A stretch of DNA of 64,000 nt, taken from contig JAGYNZ010000013.1 of NCBI GenBank assembly GCA_018399745.1, positions 65 to 64,064 on the forward strand, written 5' to 3'. Positions 40,146 to 49,221 of the stretch are shown here, piece after piece. A program made the translations under genes and the position numbers. The stretch's first letter is position 1, and the number at the start of each line of letters is the position of its first letter. The stretch is from Deltaproteobacteria bacterium (GTDB taxonomy: Bacteria > Desulfobacterota > Dissulfuribacteria > Dissulfuribacterales > UBA3076). The notes beneath the pieces are model-generated. The model worked only from the letters and a program-made list of their open reading frames with translations. It was not told where the DNA came from and searched no databases.

Positions 40146-41534
40146 ATGATCAGAGTTTTTGGGAAACAATATTCTATTAGAAGACTGTTTTTTTTTGGTG
40201 GTGAAGGACTTTTTCTGTTCTTATCCCTGGTTATAGTTGTAGCCTATCGTCATGGCGGAGAAATCTCCGCATCTGATATATTATCCCTTTGGTCCAGGTT
40301 GTTTCTGATAGTTTGTGTCTGCCTGTTGTGTCTTTATTACTACGATCTATATACCTTCAGGGCCGGTTTCAATTATGTAGAGATGACCATACGCCTGCTC
40401 CAGGCCCTTGGTAGCGCCTCGATTTTTTTGGGATTTCTTTATTTTGTCTTTCCGGTCCTTTTACCCGGGCGGTGGGTCTTTCTGGGCAGCCTGCTTGTCT
40501 TTGTTTTGCTCAGCAGTCTTTGGAGACATGTCTATATCTGGATGCTTAGAAAAGAATGGTGGACTATTCCCGTCTTGATTGTGGGGTCAGGCAAGTTTCC
40601 TGAAGAGATAGTCCGAGAAGTCAGGGATAAAAGTGACTGCGGTTTCAGGATTGCGGGTGCGGTCCTTGACAAATTGCCGGTTGAGACTGATGCCTACAGT
40701 GATATAAGGGTCTTTAATTCTTTTTCCGATCTGTCTCAGCGTGTAACAGATACGGGAGCGGAAGAAATTATTGTTGCAATGGACCAGCGGAGAGGCCGCA
40801 TCCCCCTGGATGAACTCCTGAACTGCAGAATGAAAGGCTTGCCTGTTCTTGAAGGAGAGACTTTTTATGAAGAGCTTACCGGTAGATTATCGGTCGATAT
40901 GATAAATCCCAGCTGGCTGATTTTTCGCAAGGGTTTTCAAAAGTCATGGTTGACGATGACAACAAAGCGATTCATTGGTACATGCATATCAGCTCTTGGC
41001 CTTTTACTCGCATTTCCGATCATTGTGTTGACTGCCATATGTATTAAACTGGATTCCACTGGTCCGATATTCTACAGGCAGGAGAGGGTGGGCAGGAGTG
41101 GCAGGACCTTTGTTTTAATTAAATTCCGTTCTATGCGACAGGATGCGGAATGTGGAACGGCTGAGTGGGCAAAAAAGGATGATGCAAGGGTTACCCGGGT
41201 CGGTCGAATAATTCGCAAACTCAGGATAGATGAGATCCCACAGATGTGGAATGTTCTGAAAGGCGAAATGAATTTTGTTGGTCCCAGACCTGAGAGACCG
41301 CAATTTGTAAGCGAACTGACAGAGAAGATCCGGTATTATAATCAACGCAGTACTGTTCACCCTGGGATTACAGGCTGGGCTCAGATCAATTATCCCTATG
41401 GGGCCTCAGAGGAAGATGCAAAAAAGAAGCTTGAATATGATCTCTTCTATATAAAACACATGTCTATAATACTGGATCTTTACATCATACTGAAGACCGT
41501 TAAGACAATCCTTTTCAGGGAGGGGTCTCGTTAG
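40146..41534 (+). CDS. Polyprenyl-phosphate sugar phosphotransferase (EpsB/WbaP-like priming glycosyltransferase)
   Basis: 462 aa with N-terminal TM segments. The C-terminal Bac_transf domain has FRSMR, DEIPQMWNVLKGEMNFVGPRPERP and FYIKHMS. Confidence 0.88.
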   Translation: MIRVFGKQYSIRRLFFFGGEGLFLFLSLVIVVAYRHGGEISASDILSLWSRLFLIVCVCLLCLYYYDLYTFRAGFNYVEMTIRLLQALGSASIFLGFLYFVFPVLLPGRWVFLGSLLVFVLLSSLWRHVYIWMLRKEWWTIPVLIVGSGKFPEEIVREVRDKSDCGFRIAGAVLDKLPVETDAYSDIRVFNSFSDLSQRVTDTGAEEIIVAMDQRRGRIPLDELLNCRMKGLPVLEGETFYEELTGRLSVDMINPSWLIFRKGFQKSWLTMTTKRFIGTCISALGLLLAFPIIVLTAICIKLDSTGPIFYRQERVGRSGRTFVLIKFRSMRQDAECGTAEWAKKDDARVTRVGRIIRKLRIDEIPQMWNVLKGEMNFVGPRPERPQFVSELTEKIRYYNQRSTVHPGITGWAQINYPYGASEEDAKKKLEYDLFYIKHMSIILDLYIILKTVKTILFREGSR

Positions 41535-41696
41535 TTGGAAAAGAGAGTTTTCAAGTCCGAGAAAGAATCCTCATACTCTTAATGGATCAAGCGGCATCCC
41601 TCATTTTTTTGTTTTCGTTTGAACTTTAGCTCAACCTTAGGAATTAAAGCTTTGATACGTAATCGTATTTAAGAGCAATCATTCTCGGGAGGACAT

Positions 41697-43538
41697 ATGT
41701 GCGGCATAGTAGGTTATATTGGTCACAGGTGCGTATTGCCGATACTCCTGGACGGCCTCCGGAGGCTGGAATACCGGGGCTATGATTCAGCCGGTGTAGC
41801 CTATATCCACGAGAGGTCCGTCCGTCGCATCAGGAGCGAAGGTAAGCTGGACAAGCTGGATCTCTTATTAGACGGTATCCGGGATGTGCCAAGTTCCATT
41901 GGTGTAGGCCATACACGCTGGGCTACCCATGGAGAACCAAACGAGGCCAATGCTCATCCTCATACAGACTGTACGGGGAACCTGGTAGTGGTTCACAATG
42001 GTATTGTTGAAAATTATTTTGCCCTTCGTCAGCAGCTCCAGCATGAGGGCCATATCTTCAAATCAGAGACAGATACAGAGGTCCTGGCGCACCTTATTGA
42101 AAAATATTTGAACGGCGATTTAGTTCAGGCTGTGAGGGACGCATTGAGAGAAGTTGAAGGCGCTTATGCTATAGGCGTTTTATGGCAGGGTAGTCCCGAT
42201 ATGCTGGTGGCTGCCCGAAAGCAGAGCCCCATGGTCTTGGGGCTTGCAGACAATGAGAATTTTCTGGCCTCGGACATACCCGCCCTTTTGCCCTATACGC
42301 GCAGTGTCATCTTCCTGGATGACGGGGAGATGGCTACCCTGTCCAGGAACGGTGTCGAAGTGCGACGTATAGATAACGGCAAGTCTACAGCAAAGACTCC
42401 TCAGATTATTTCCTGGGATGCGACCATGGCGGAAAAGGCCGGATATAAACATTTTATGTTAAAGGAGATATATGAGCAGCCTCAGGCCGTGCTTAATACA
42501 TCCCGCAGTCGCGTGCTGCCCGAGCTTGGAAAAGTGAGCCTGCCTGAAATAAAACTTTCTCCTGATGTAATAAAGGGCTTCAGGAGGGTCGTGCTCCTTG
42601 CCTGCGGCACTTCCTGGCATGCGGGTCTGGTAGCAAAATACTGGATCGAAAAATGGGCAGGCCTGCCGGTGGAAGTGGACCTTGCTTCTGAATTTCGTTA
42701 CAGACACCTTATACTGGACAGGACCGTGCTCACGGTTCCGATTTCCCAGTCAGGAGAAACGGCTGATACCTTGGCAGGTCTATATATGGCAAAAAAGCTG
42801 GGTTCACCTGTGATAGCCATCTGCAACGTGGTGGGGAGCACTATAACCAGAGAGTCAGACGGTACGGTCTACACCCATGCCGGACCTGAAATAGGAGTTG
42901 CTTCAACGAAGGCCTTTACCAGTCAACTTTCAGCACTGTATGTACTTGCGCTTTATCTAAGTCAGGTAAAAAATAGCCTTGCCGAGGAGGACATCAGAAG
43001 CAAAATTTCAGCTCTCGTAAGTGTCCCAAAGTTATTGGAAGAAGGCCTCGCGTCATGGCATAAACAGACCATGGAGTTGGCAGATATCTTTTACAATTAC
43101 AGGGATTTTTTATATATTGGCAGGGATATTCATTTTCCCGTCGCTTTGGAAGGGGCACTCAAGCTTAAGGAGATTTCATACATCCATGCCGAGGGTTATG
43201 CAGCAGGGGAAATGAAACACGGTCCCATTGCATTGATTGACAGGAGTATGCCAGTGGTAGCCCTGACCCCCCGTGATCATGTCTATGATAAGGTGCTTAG
43301 CAATGTGGAAGAGGTAAAATCTAGACGTGGCATTGTCATAGCTCTGGGAGAGGAGGGTGATAAAGGCATTTCCAGGATCGCAAAATATGTTGTTTCAGTC
43401 CCCCGCCCAGAGGACCCTGATGTTAATCCCTTTCTTTATACTATTCCTCTACAGTTATTGGCTTATGAAATAGCAGTAGCCCGTGGATGTGATGTGGATC
43501 AGCCACGCAATCTGGCAAAGAGTGTGACGGTTGAGTAG
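41697..43538 (+). CDS. glmS: Glutamine--fructose-6-phosphate aminotransferase
   Basis: 613 aa. Has the MCGIVGY Ntn-Cys start, two SIS domains and a C-terminal NLAKSVTVE. Confidence 0.96.
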   Translation: MCGIVGYIGHRCVLPILLDGLRRLEYRGYDSAGVAYIHERSVRRIRSEGKLDKLDLLLDGIRDVPSSIGVGHTRWATHGEPNEANAHPHTDCTGNLVVVHNGIVENYFALRQQLQHEGHIFKSETDTEVLAHLIEKYLNGDLVQAVRDALREVEGAYAIGVLWQGSPDMLVAARKQSPMVLGLADNENFLASDIPALLPYTRSVIFLDDGEMATLSRNGVEVRRIDNGKSTAKTPQIISWDATMAEKAGYKHFMLKEIYEQPQAVLNTSRSRVLPELGKVSLPEIKLSPDVIKGFRRVVLLACGTSWHAGLVAKYWIEKWAGLPVEVDLASEFRYRHLILDRTVLTVPISQSGETADTLAGLYMAKKLGSPVIAICNVVGSTITRESDGTVYTHAGPEIGVASTKAFTSQLSALYVLALYLSQVKNSLAEEDIRSKISALVSVPKLLEEGLASWHKQTMELADIFYNYRDFLYIGRDIHFPVALEGALKLKEISYIHAEGYAAGEMKHGPIALIDRSMPVVALTPRDHVYDKVLSNVEEVKSRRGIVIALGEEGDKGISRIAKYVVSVPRPEDPDVNPFLYTIPLQLLAYEIAVARGCDVDQPRNLAKSVTVE

Positions 43539-43610
43539 AGGTCTTTCTGGTGTGAACGGTTACCCTGCATGAATAAGGAGAATTCTTGCATGACTGCTAA
43601 ATCATCTCAT

Positions 43611-44630
43611 ATGATAAAAAAAGTACTGGTTACAGGAGCTGCTGGATTCATAGGATATCACCTTTCTAGACGACTTCTGGAAGAGGACAGAAATGTCGTA
43701 GGTCTTGATAACATGAACAACTATTATGATCCGGCCCTCAAAGAGGCACGCCTTTCTAAACTTATACCATATGTTAATTTCAAATCAGTGCGAAAAGACC
43801 TGTCAGACAGGGCGGCTATGGAAGAACTCTTTGCTGCAGAGGGGTTTGACGGAGTGATCAACTTGGCGGCCCAGGCTGGTGTGCGCTATTCCTTAATAAA
43901 CCCTCATTCCTATGTGGATTCAAACCTTGTAGGCTTTATGAACGTGCTTGAGGGCTGCCGACATAATAATGTCAGGCACCTGGTCTTTGCTTCCTCCAGT
44001 TCTGTTTATGGTGCAAATACCAGAATGCCTTTTAGTGTCCACGATAATGTGGACCATCCGGTATCCATCTATGCTGCCACAAAAAAGGCCAACGAGCTCA
44101 TGGCGCACACTTACAGTCATCTGTATGGCATGCACTGTACGGGGCTGCGCTTTTTTACTGTTTACGGGCCGTGGGGAAGACCCGATATGGCACTTTTCCT
44201 GTTCACAAGAGCCATATTAGAAGATCGTCCTATAGATGTATTTAATAACGGTAAAATGCGCCGGGACTTTACGTATATAGATGATATTGTTGAAGGTGTG
44301 CGAAGGGTGCTGGACCAGCCCGCGAGACCCAATCCCGAGTGGACTGGTGACTCGCCGGATCCCGGTTCGAGCTATGTCCCATACAAGCTCTATAATATTG
44401 GAAATAATCAACCGGTAGAGTTGTTGCGCTTTATTGAGATAATAGAAGAATGTCTGGGGAAAAAGGCCCGGAAGAATCTGTTGCCTATGCAGCCGGGGGA
44501 CGTGCCGTCCACTTACGCAAATATTGATGACTTAATGAGAGATGTGGGATTTAAGCCAAACACTACCCTGGAAGAGGGGGTTCCCAGATTCATTTCCTGG
44601 TATAGGGATTATTATAATATTAACATCTAG
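43611..44630 (+). CDS. NAD-dependent epimerase, UDP-glucuronate 4-epimerase-like (CapI/WbnF type)
   Basis: Has the Rossmann motif VLVTGAAGFIGYHL and the SDR catalytic motif YAATKKANE. The start is set at the Met preceding the Rossmann motif; the track ORF begins at 43569. Confidence 0.8.
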   Translation: MIKKVLVTGAAGFIGYHLSRRLLEEDRNVVGLDNMNNYYDPALKEARLSKLIPYVNFKSVRKDLSDRAAMEELFAAEGFDGVINLAAQAGVRYSLINPHSYVDSNLVGFMNVLEGCRHNNVRHLVFASSSSVYGANTRMPFSVHDNVDHPVSIYAATKKANELMAHTYSHLYGMHCTGLRFFTVYGPWGRPDMALFLFTRAILEDRPIDVFNNGKMRRDFTYIDDIVEGVRRVLDQPARPNPEWTGDSPDPGSSYVPYKLYNIGNNQPVELLRFIEIIEECLGKKARKNLLPMQPGDVPSTYANIDDLMRDVGFKPNTTLEEGVPRFISWYRDYYNINI

Positions 44631-44757
44631 GTTTTGCCTTGGATAAAGAGCTGATGCGCCAGCTAAACATTGCCCCGTCACATACTCTTTCGATACGGCC
44701 CTTTCAATAACGCAACCTGCCGCCATGTATTTATACTTTTTTCGAAGGCATTTTTGT

Positions 44758-46365
44758 CTATCCGTGAGAAGGGATAGAGGTAAATTCTGGTTGGGTGTTT
44801 TTCGTTAATCGCTCGATCAGCATCTCAATAAGCCTGTCAATACCCTCTTTGGTTACTGCCGATATGTAAACCGTTTCGTTACTGGCAGCGGGAACATCTC
44901 TTTCCAAAAGGTCTATTTTATTATAGACTCGTATCCTCGGAGTTGCTAACAGGTCCATTTCTTTCAGAATCTGTTCGACTGCTATTATCTCCCCCCTTCT
45001 ATATGGGCTCGTTATGTCAATCACGTGTAAGAAAAGATGGGCATCTTCCAGTTCCTCCATAGTGGCCTGAAATGCTACTCGAAGATCCTGTGGCATATGT
45101 CGAATAAAGCCGACAGTATCTGCCAGCAATACATCACTTGTATCTGTCAGGGCAAGCCGTCGCGTTATTGGATCAAGAGTTGCAAAGAGTCGATCTTCAG
45201 CCAGGACTTTGCTGCCTGTGAGTCGATTAAGAAGGGTGGATTTGCCTGCGCTTGTGTAACCTATAATTGAAATTACAGGCAGGGCCCCCTTTGCGCTCCT
45301 GCGCTTTCTTCTCTCTCTTCTTCCCCTGGAAAGGCCCTTTAATTCACGTTCAAGAGAGCTGATACGCTGCTTTACCCTCCTGCGGTCCTCTTCCAGCTTG
45401 GTTTCACCCGGTCCTCTTCCTCCAATGCCCCCCATAAGCCTTGACATAGCAGTCCCCCGACCCATGAGTCTGGGGAGCAGGTAGCGGAGTTGCGCCAGTT
45501 CGACCTGGATTTTCCCCTCTTTGCTTTGGGCCCTTCCTGCAAAGATGTCCAGGATTAATTGAGTACGGTCTATGACTTTGAGATCTACCATTCTGGCAAT
45601 GTTGCTTAGCTGTTTGGCCCCGAGATCCTGGTCAAAGATCACCATGGTGGCTCCCAGATAAAGGCCCTTTATAAGGATTTCACGAAGTTTTCCTTTGCCG
45701 AGCAGGTGTGCGGGATTATAGCGAGGAACACGCTGCCAGATTTTTTCCAGAACTTCTACATTGGATGAGCGGGCAAGTTCCGCAAGTTCTGCGAGAGACC
45801 GCTCTGCTTCAAAGCGGGGACTTTGACTTGCATGTATTAGAATCGCACGCTCCCCTTGCTTGCTGGAAGACAATCTATCTTGGGACTTCTGTATTTCTGC
45901 CTCAAGTTCTTGAATGAATTCAGAGAAATGTAAGTCAATGACGCCGGGATGTCGGAAAGTAAGTATTTCACAATGCCGATTTTCGTGGTTAGGGGGCAGA
46001 AGGTGGGCAAAACATACTTGGCCTGGCCGGACGTCTTTGGTCTCGATAGTGATCATGGCATCCAGTCTCAGCAGGGCAAGATCCGAGAGGTCCTCGGTGT
46101 TTATTCCTTCATTTTTGTTAAAATGAGTATGAATACACCGCAACCCCTTTAAACGGTCGTGCCCCCTGCGGTAGAAGCTTATATCTGGTATTATTATACT
46201 GTGATAATTACCCAGCATGACGTGGCGTATGATACCTTTTCGGTTTACTATGACCCCTACTTGCCTGGCCATATGGCCCGAGATCTCGGTTAAGGTCCTT
46301 GCTAATTCAGGGGTTAATAACTTATTGGGGGGTATTTTTCTGCGGAAGAGGCGCTCAAGGCTCAC
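44758..46365 (-). CDS. hflX: GTPase HflX (long form with N-terminal extension)
   Basis: G1 is GYTSAGKSTLLN, and DTVGF is also present. The HflX N-terminal and coiled-coil domains are present. It is 535 aa, against about 430 aa typical. Confidence 0.85.
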   Translation of the reverse strand: MSLERLFRRKIPPNKLLTPELARTLTEISGHMARQVGVIVNRKGIIRHVMLGNYHSIIIPDISFYRRGHDRLKGLRCIHTHFNKNEGINTEDLSDLALLRLDAMITIETKDVRPGQVCFAHLLPPNHENRHCEILTFRHPGVIDLHFSEFIQELEAEIQKSQDRLSSSKQGERAILIHASQSPRFEAERSLAELAELARSSNVEVLEKIWQRVPRYNPAHLLGKGKLREILIKGLYLGATMVIFDQDLGAKQLSNIARMVDLKVIDRTQLILDIFAGRAQSKEGKIQVELAQLRYLLPRLMGRGTAMSRLMGGIGGRGPGETKLEEDRRRVKQRISSLERELKGLSRGRRERRKRRSAKGALPVISIIGYTSAGKSTLLNRLTGSKVLAEDRLFATLDPITRRLALTDTSDVLLADTVGFIRHMPQDLRVAFQATMEELEDAHLFLHVIDITSPYRRGEIIAVEQILKEMDLLATPRIRVYNKIDLLERDVPAASNETVYISAVTKEGIDRLIEMLIERLTKNTQPEFTSIPSHG

Positions 46366-46469
46366 GCGCTCTGAATGTGTCAGGCCCTGGATGTTTCCAA
46401 AAATTTTTGCTATGGCTTAATTCTCCTGAAATCGGTTATAGTACTTAAAGTTAGTTTTGTGCAAAAATA

Positions 46470-47258
46470 ATGACAAAAGCATCTTTACAAAAGACCAAGA
46501 TACTATGTATAGCCAACCAGAAGGGCGGCGTGGGCAAAACCACAACCGCAGTCAATCTGGCAGCAGGCCTTTCCATTCTCAACAGGTCTATATTGCTTGT
46601 AGATTGTGATGCCCAGGGAAACGCCTCCAGCGGCCTTGGATTTGCCCAAAAGGGGCTATCCGGGCATCTTTATCACGCCATCCTTGGCCTGGCCGGTATA
46701 GCCGAAGTAATACAGCCTACGTCAATTGCCAATCTTTCTATTATTCCTTCAAATATGGATCTGATTGGAATCGAAGTGGATCTGGCAGGACGTAAAAACA
46801 GAGAGGGGATATTGAAGGAACTTTTAGCTCCTTTGGTTTCCTTTGATTATATAATATTGGACTGTCCTCCTTCTCTGGGGCTGATAACTATAAATGCCCT
46901 GAGTGCTTCCAGTTCTGTAATTATTCCGATGCAATGTGAATATTACGCACTTGAGGGCTTGAGTCAGCTGGTTAAGATTATAAGGCTTGTGAAACACAAT
47001 TTCAATCCCAGACTCCGCATTGAAGGACTATTGCTTACCATGTATGATTACCGCATTCGTCTCGCATTTCATGTCGCGCGTGAGGTGCGGACACACTTCG
47101 GGGACCTTGTTTACAAGACGACCATTCCCAGAAACGTAAGACTGGGCGAGAGTCCGAGTCATGGGAAATCGATATTTTCATATGAACCGAGATCCAAAGG
47201 GGCAGAGAGTTACCTGGCTCTGGCCCGTGAGTTCCTGTGCTGTCAGAGGAGGTCATGA
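46470..47258 (+). CDS. parA: Chromosome partitioning ATPase ParA/Soj
   Basis: The deviant Walker A is NQKGGVGKTTT. ILDCPPSLG is also present. The stop overlaps the parB start (ATGA). Confidence 0.92.
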   Translation: MTKASLQKTKILCIANQKGGVGKTTTAVNLAAGLSILNRSILLVDCDAQGNASSGLGFAQKGLSGHLYHAILGLAGIAEVIQPTSIANLSIIPSNMDLIGIEVDLAGRKNREGILKELLAPLVSFDYIILDCPPSLGLITINALSASSSVIIPMQCEYYALEGLSQLVKIIRLVKHNFNPRLRIEGLLLTMYDYRIRLAFHVAREVRTHFGDLVYKTTIPRNVRLGESPSHGKSIFSYEPRSKGAESYLALAREFLCCQRRS

Positions 47259-48160
47259 TGAAGCTCAAGGGAGGATTAGGTAAAGGTCTTGGCGCCCTTC
47301 TTTCCACAGAAGACATATATGATTTAGGAAGTCCAGGGTTTTTTCTTTGTCCCATAGAAAAGATACGGCCAAATCCTGATCAGCCACGCAAGCATATGGA
47401 TCAGGATTCCCTTGAGGGCCTAGCCAGATCCATCAAGGAGAAGGGTATCCTTCAGCCCCTGGTGGTTTGGGAGGTTGACGGGTTTTATGAGTTAATAATT
47501 GGCGAAAGGCGGTGGAGGGCAGCCCAAAAGGCAGGGCTCAGGGCAGTCCCTGTTGTCATAAAAGACTTGAGCCCCGACGAGCTGCTTGAGTTGGCACTGA
47601 TAGAGAATATCCAGAGAGAGGATTTGAATCCTCTGGAAGAGGCCATGGCCTATAGCAGACTTATTAACGAACTGGGACTTACACAGTCCCAGGTGGCCTC
47701 AAGGGTTGGAAGGGAGAGACCTACCGTGGCCAATTTCTTGAGGCTTCTCCAATTACCAGATTATGCTAAAGCAGACCTGCTTTGTGGCCGGCTTAGCATG
47801 GGCCAGGCCAGGTCCCTTCTGATGTTGGAAGATCCTTCAAGCCAGAAGGAGTTAAGAGACCAGATAATAAAAAAAGATCTTTCTGTGCGACAGGCTGAGG
47901 ACTTGGCCCGTAGATTAGCTAAAGGAAAAGGTATAGGTGTAAGGGGGCAAAGGGAAGACCCTGACATCAGAAACCTTTGTGAAGATCTGACTCGCAGGCT
48001 TGGTTATAAAGTAAAAATAGTGCAGACGAAAAGGGGCGGCAGGCTGGAAATACGTTATCGTTCCGTCCAGGATCTGGAACGGATTATAGCATTGTTCAGC
48101 GCAGGAAAGGAAGGCGACGGAAGCGGCTTTGCTCATAATGTGGGTCATGGTGGTCTTTAA
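47255..48160 (+). CDS. parB: Chromosome partitioning protein ParB/Spo0J
   Basis: Has GLGKGLGALL, the GERRWRAA arginine patch and an HTH (LTQSQVASRVGRERPTVANFLRLL). A GGAGG Shine-Dalgarno sequence lies 4 nt upstream. Confidence 0.92.
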   Translation: MMKLKGGLGKGLGALLSTEDIYDLGSPGFFLCPIEKIRPNPDQPRKHMDQDSLEGLARSIKEKGILQPLVVWEVDGFYELIIGERRWRAAQKAGLRAVPVVIKDLSPDELLELALIENIQREDLNPLEEAMAYSRLINELGLTQSQVASRVGRERPTVANFLRLLQLPDYAKADLLCGRLSMGQARSLLMLEDPSSQKELRDQIIKKDLSVRQAEDLARRLAKGKGIGVRGQREDPDIRNLCEDLTRRLGYKVKIVQTKRGGRLEIRYRSVQDLERIIALFSAGKEGDGSGFAHNVGHGGL

Positions 48161-48397
48161 AGAAAGTTAGTATGATGATATACTATGTTAAATGGATAGA
48201 AGAATTGTTATGGACGTTGTAATCCGGGTACACAGTATGTATGTGGATGTGAGATCTTTAGTAAAAGTAAGGAGAGGCACTTGATTTTTAGTATGATTTT
48301 GTAAACACTAACCAAATTAAAATGAAAAAATACCAATAACAGTGTATATCTCTATTGGTTTTACGCATGCTTCAGCGCTGATACCTTCTCGAAATTC

Positions 48398-48425
48398 TTG
48401 ACATTTTCTATTTCATTCTTAATAT
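48398..48425 (+). promoter_or_regulatory. Sigma-70-type promoter upstream of tRNA-Gly
   Basis: -35 TTGACA (48398..48403), a 16-nt spacer, then -10 TAATAT (48420..48425). The -10 element ends 15 nt before the tRNA 5' end. Confidence 0.55.
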
Positions 48426-48440
48426 GAGCTTAGATTACAG

Positions 48441-48516
48441 GCGGGTGTAGCTCAGCTGGTAGAGTACAAGCTTCCCAAGCTTGGGGTCGCGGGTTCAAAC
48501 CCCGTCGCCCGCTCCA
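48441..48516 (+). tRNA. tRNA-Gly (anticodon CCC), CCA encoded
   Basis: Acceptor stem GCGGGTG/CGCCCGC. D-arm is TAGCTCAGCTGGTAGAGTA. Anticodon stem CAAGC/GCTTG has loop TTCCCAA. T-arm has GGTTCAAAC, followed by discriminator T plus CCA. Confidence 0.9.
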
Positions 48517-48644
48517 ACCCTTTTTGAGGTTTGTGCCTGCTCATGTCGATATTGAGTCGACTGAGACAGATGTTTACTTCAATTAGTGGGGGTTTTTGAT
48601 ATTGTGGTAGTAAGCTATTAATATCAATAATTCTCTGCTAATGG

Positions 48645-48671
48645 AGTGGGCTAAGCCCACTTTATTTTTTT
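48645..48671 (+). terminator. Hairpin plus T-tract (terminator or attenuator) between tRNA-Gly and rimP
   Basis: AGTGGGC-TAA-GCCCACT is followed by TTATTTTTTT, and the T-tract ends immediately at the rimP ATG. Confidence 0.5.
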
Positions 48672-49145
48672 ATGGTGCTTAACAAAATTAATAAGGGACA
48701 ACAGATAGAGGCCATCAAGGCCCATATAGAACCGGTTTTGGTATATGCCGGCATGGAATTGATCGACGTGGAATATGGACGAGAGTCTTCGGGAGTAATC
48801 CTGAGGCTTATTATAGACAAGCCAGGCGGAGTTACAGTTGATGATTGCGCCGATATCAGTCATTCGGTAGGTGATTTGCTGGATGCGAAGGATTGTGTAC
48901 CGGGATCATACAATTTGGAGGTGTCTTCTCCAGGGATTAATCGACCGCTTAAAAAGAAGGATGATTTTGCACGTTTTACCGGTCAGAAAGTCTTGATCAA
49001 AAGCAGAGAATTAATAGACGGCCGCAGAAATTTTAAAGGCATTTTAAACGGGATAAGAGATGATTTAATCTTAATTTCCTCGGAAAAAATGGTCTTTACC
49101 ATCCCTTTTGAGTTAGTGGCCAAGGCACGGCTAGACATAATTTAG
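48672..49145 (+). CDS. rimP: Ribosome maturation factor RimP
   Basis: 157 aa. The motifs VDDCADISHSVGDLLD and YNLEVSSPGINRPL match RimP. It lies upstream of nusA. Confidence 0.9.
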   Translation: MVLNKINKGQQIEAIKAHIEPVLVYAGMELIDVEYGRESSGVILRLIIDKPGGVTVDDCADISHSVGDLLDAKDCVPGSYNLEVSSPGINRPLKKKDDFARFTGQKVLIKSRELIDGRRNFKGILNGIRDDLILISSEKMVFTIPFELVAKARLDII

Positions 49146-49221
49146 GTGCATTGATTCAGGAAATAGAGGTAGTCTGTTGATTTTAACTGCTCTATTCCTC
49201 ATCAGATATAAGGAATAAAAT

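Noticed and set aside
41535-41696. Possible glmS ribozyme upstream of glmS.
   Set aside because: No resemblance to the conserved glmS ribozyme core was seen, and that element is mainly found in Gram-positive bacteria.
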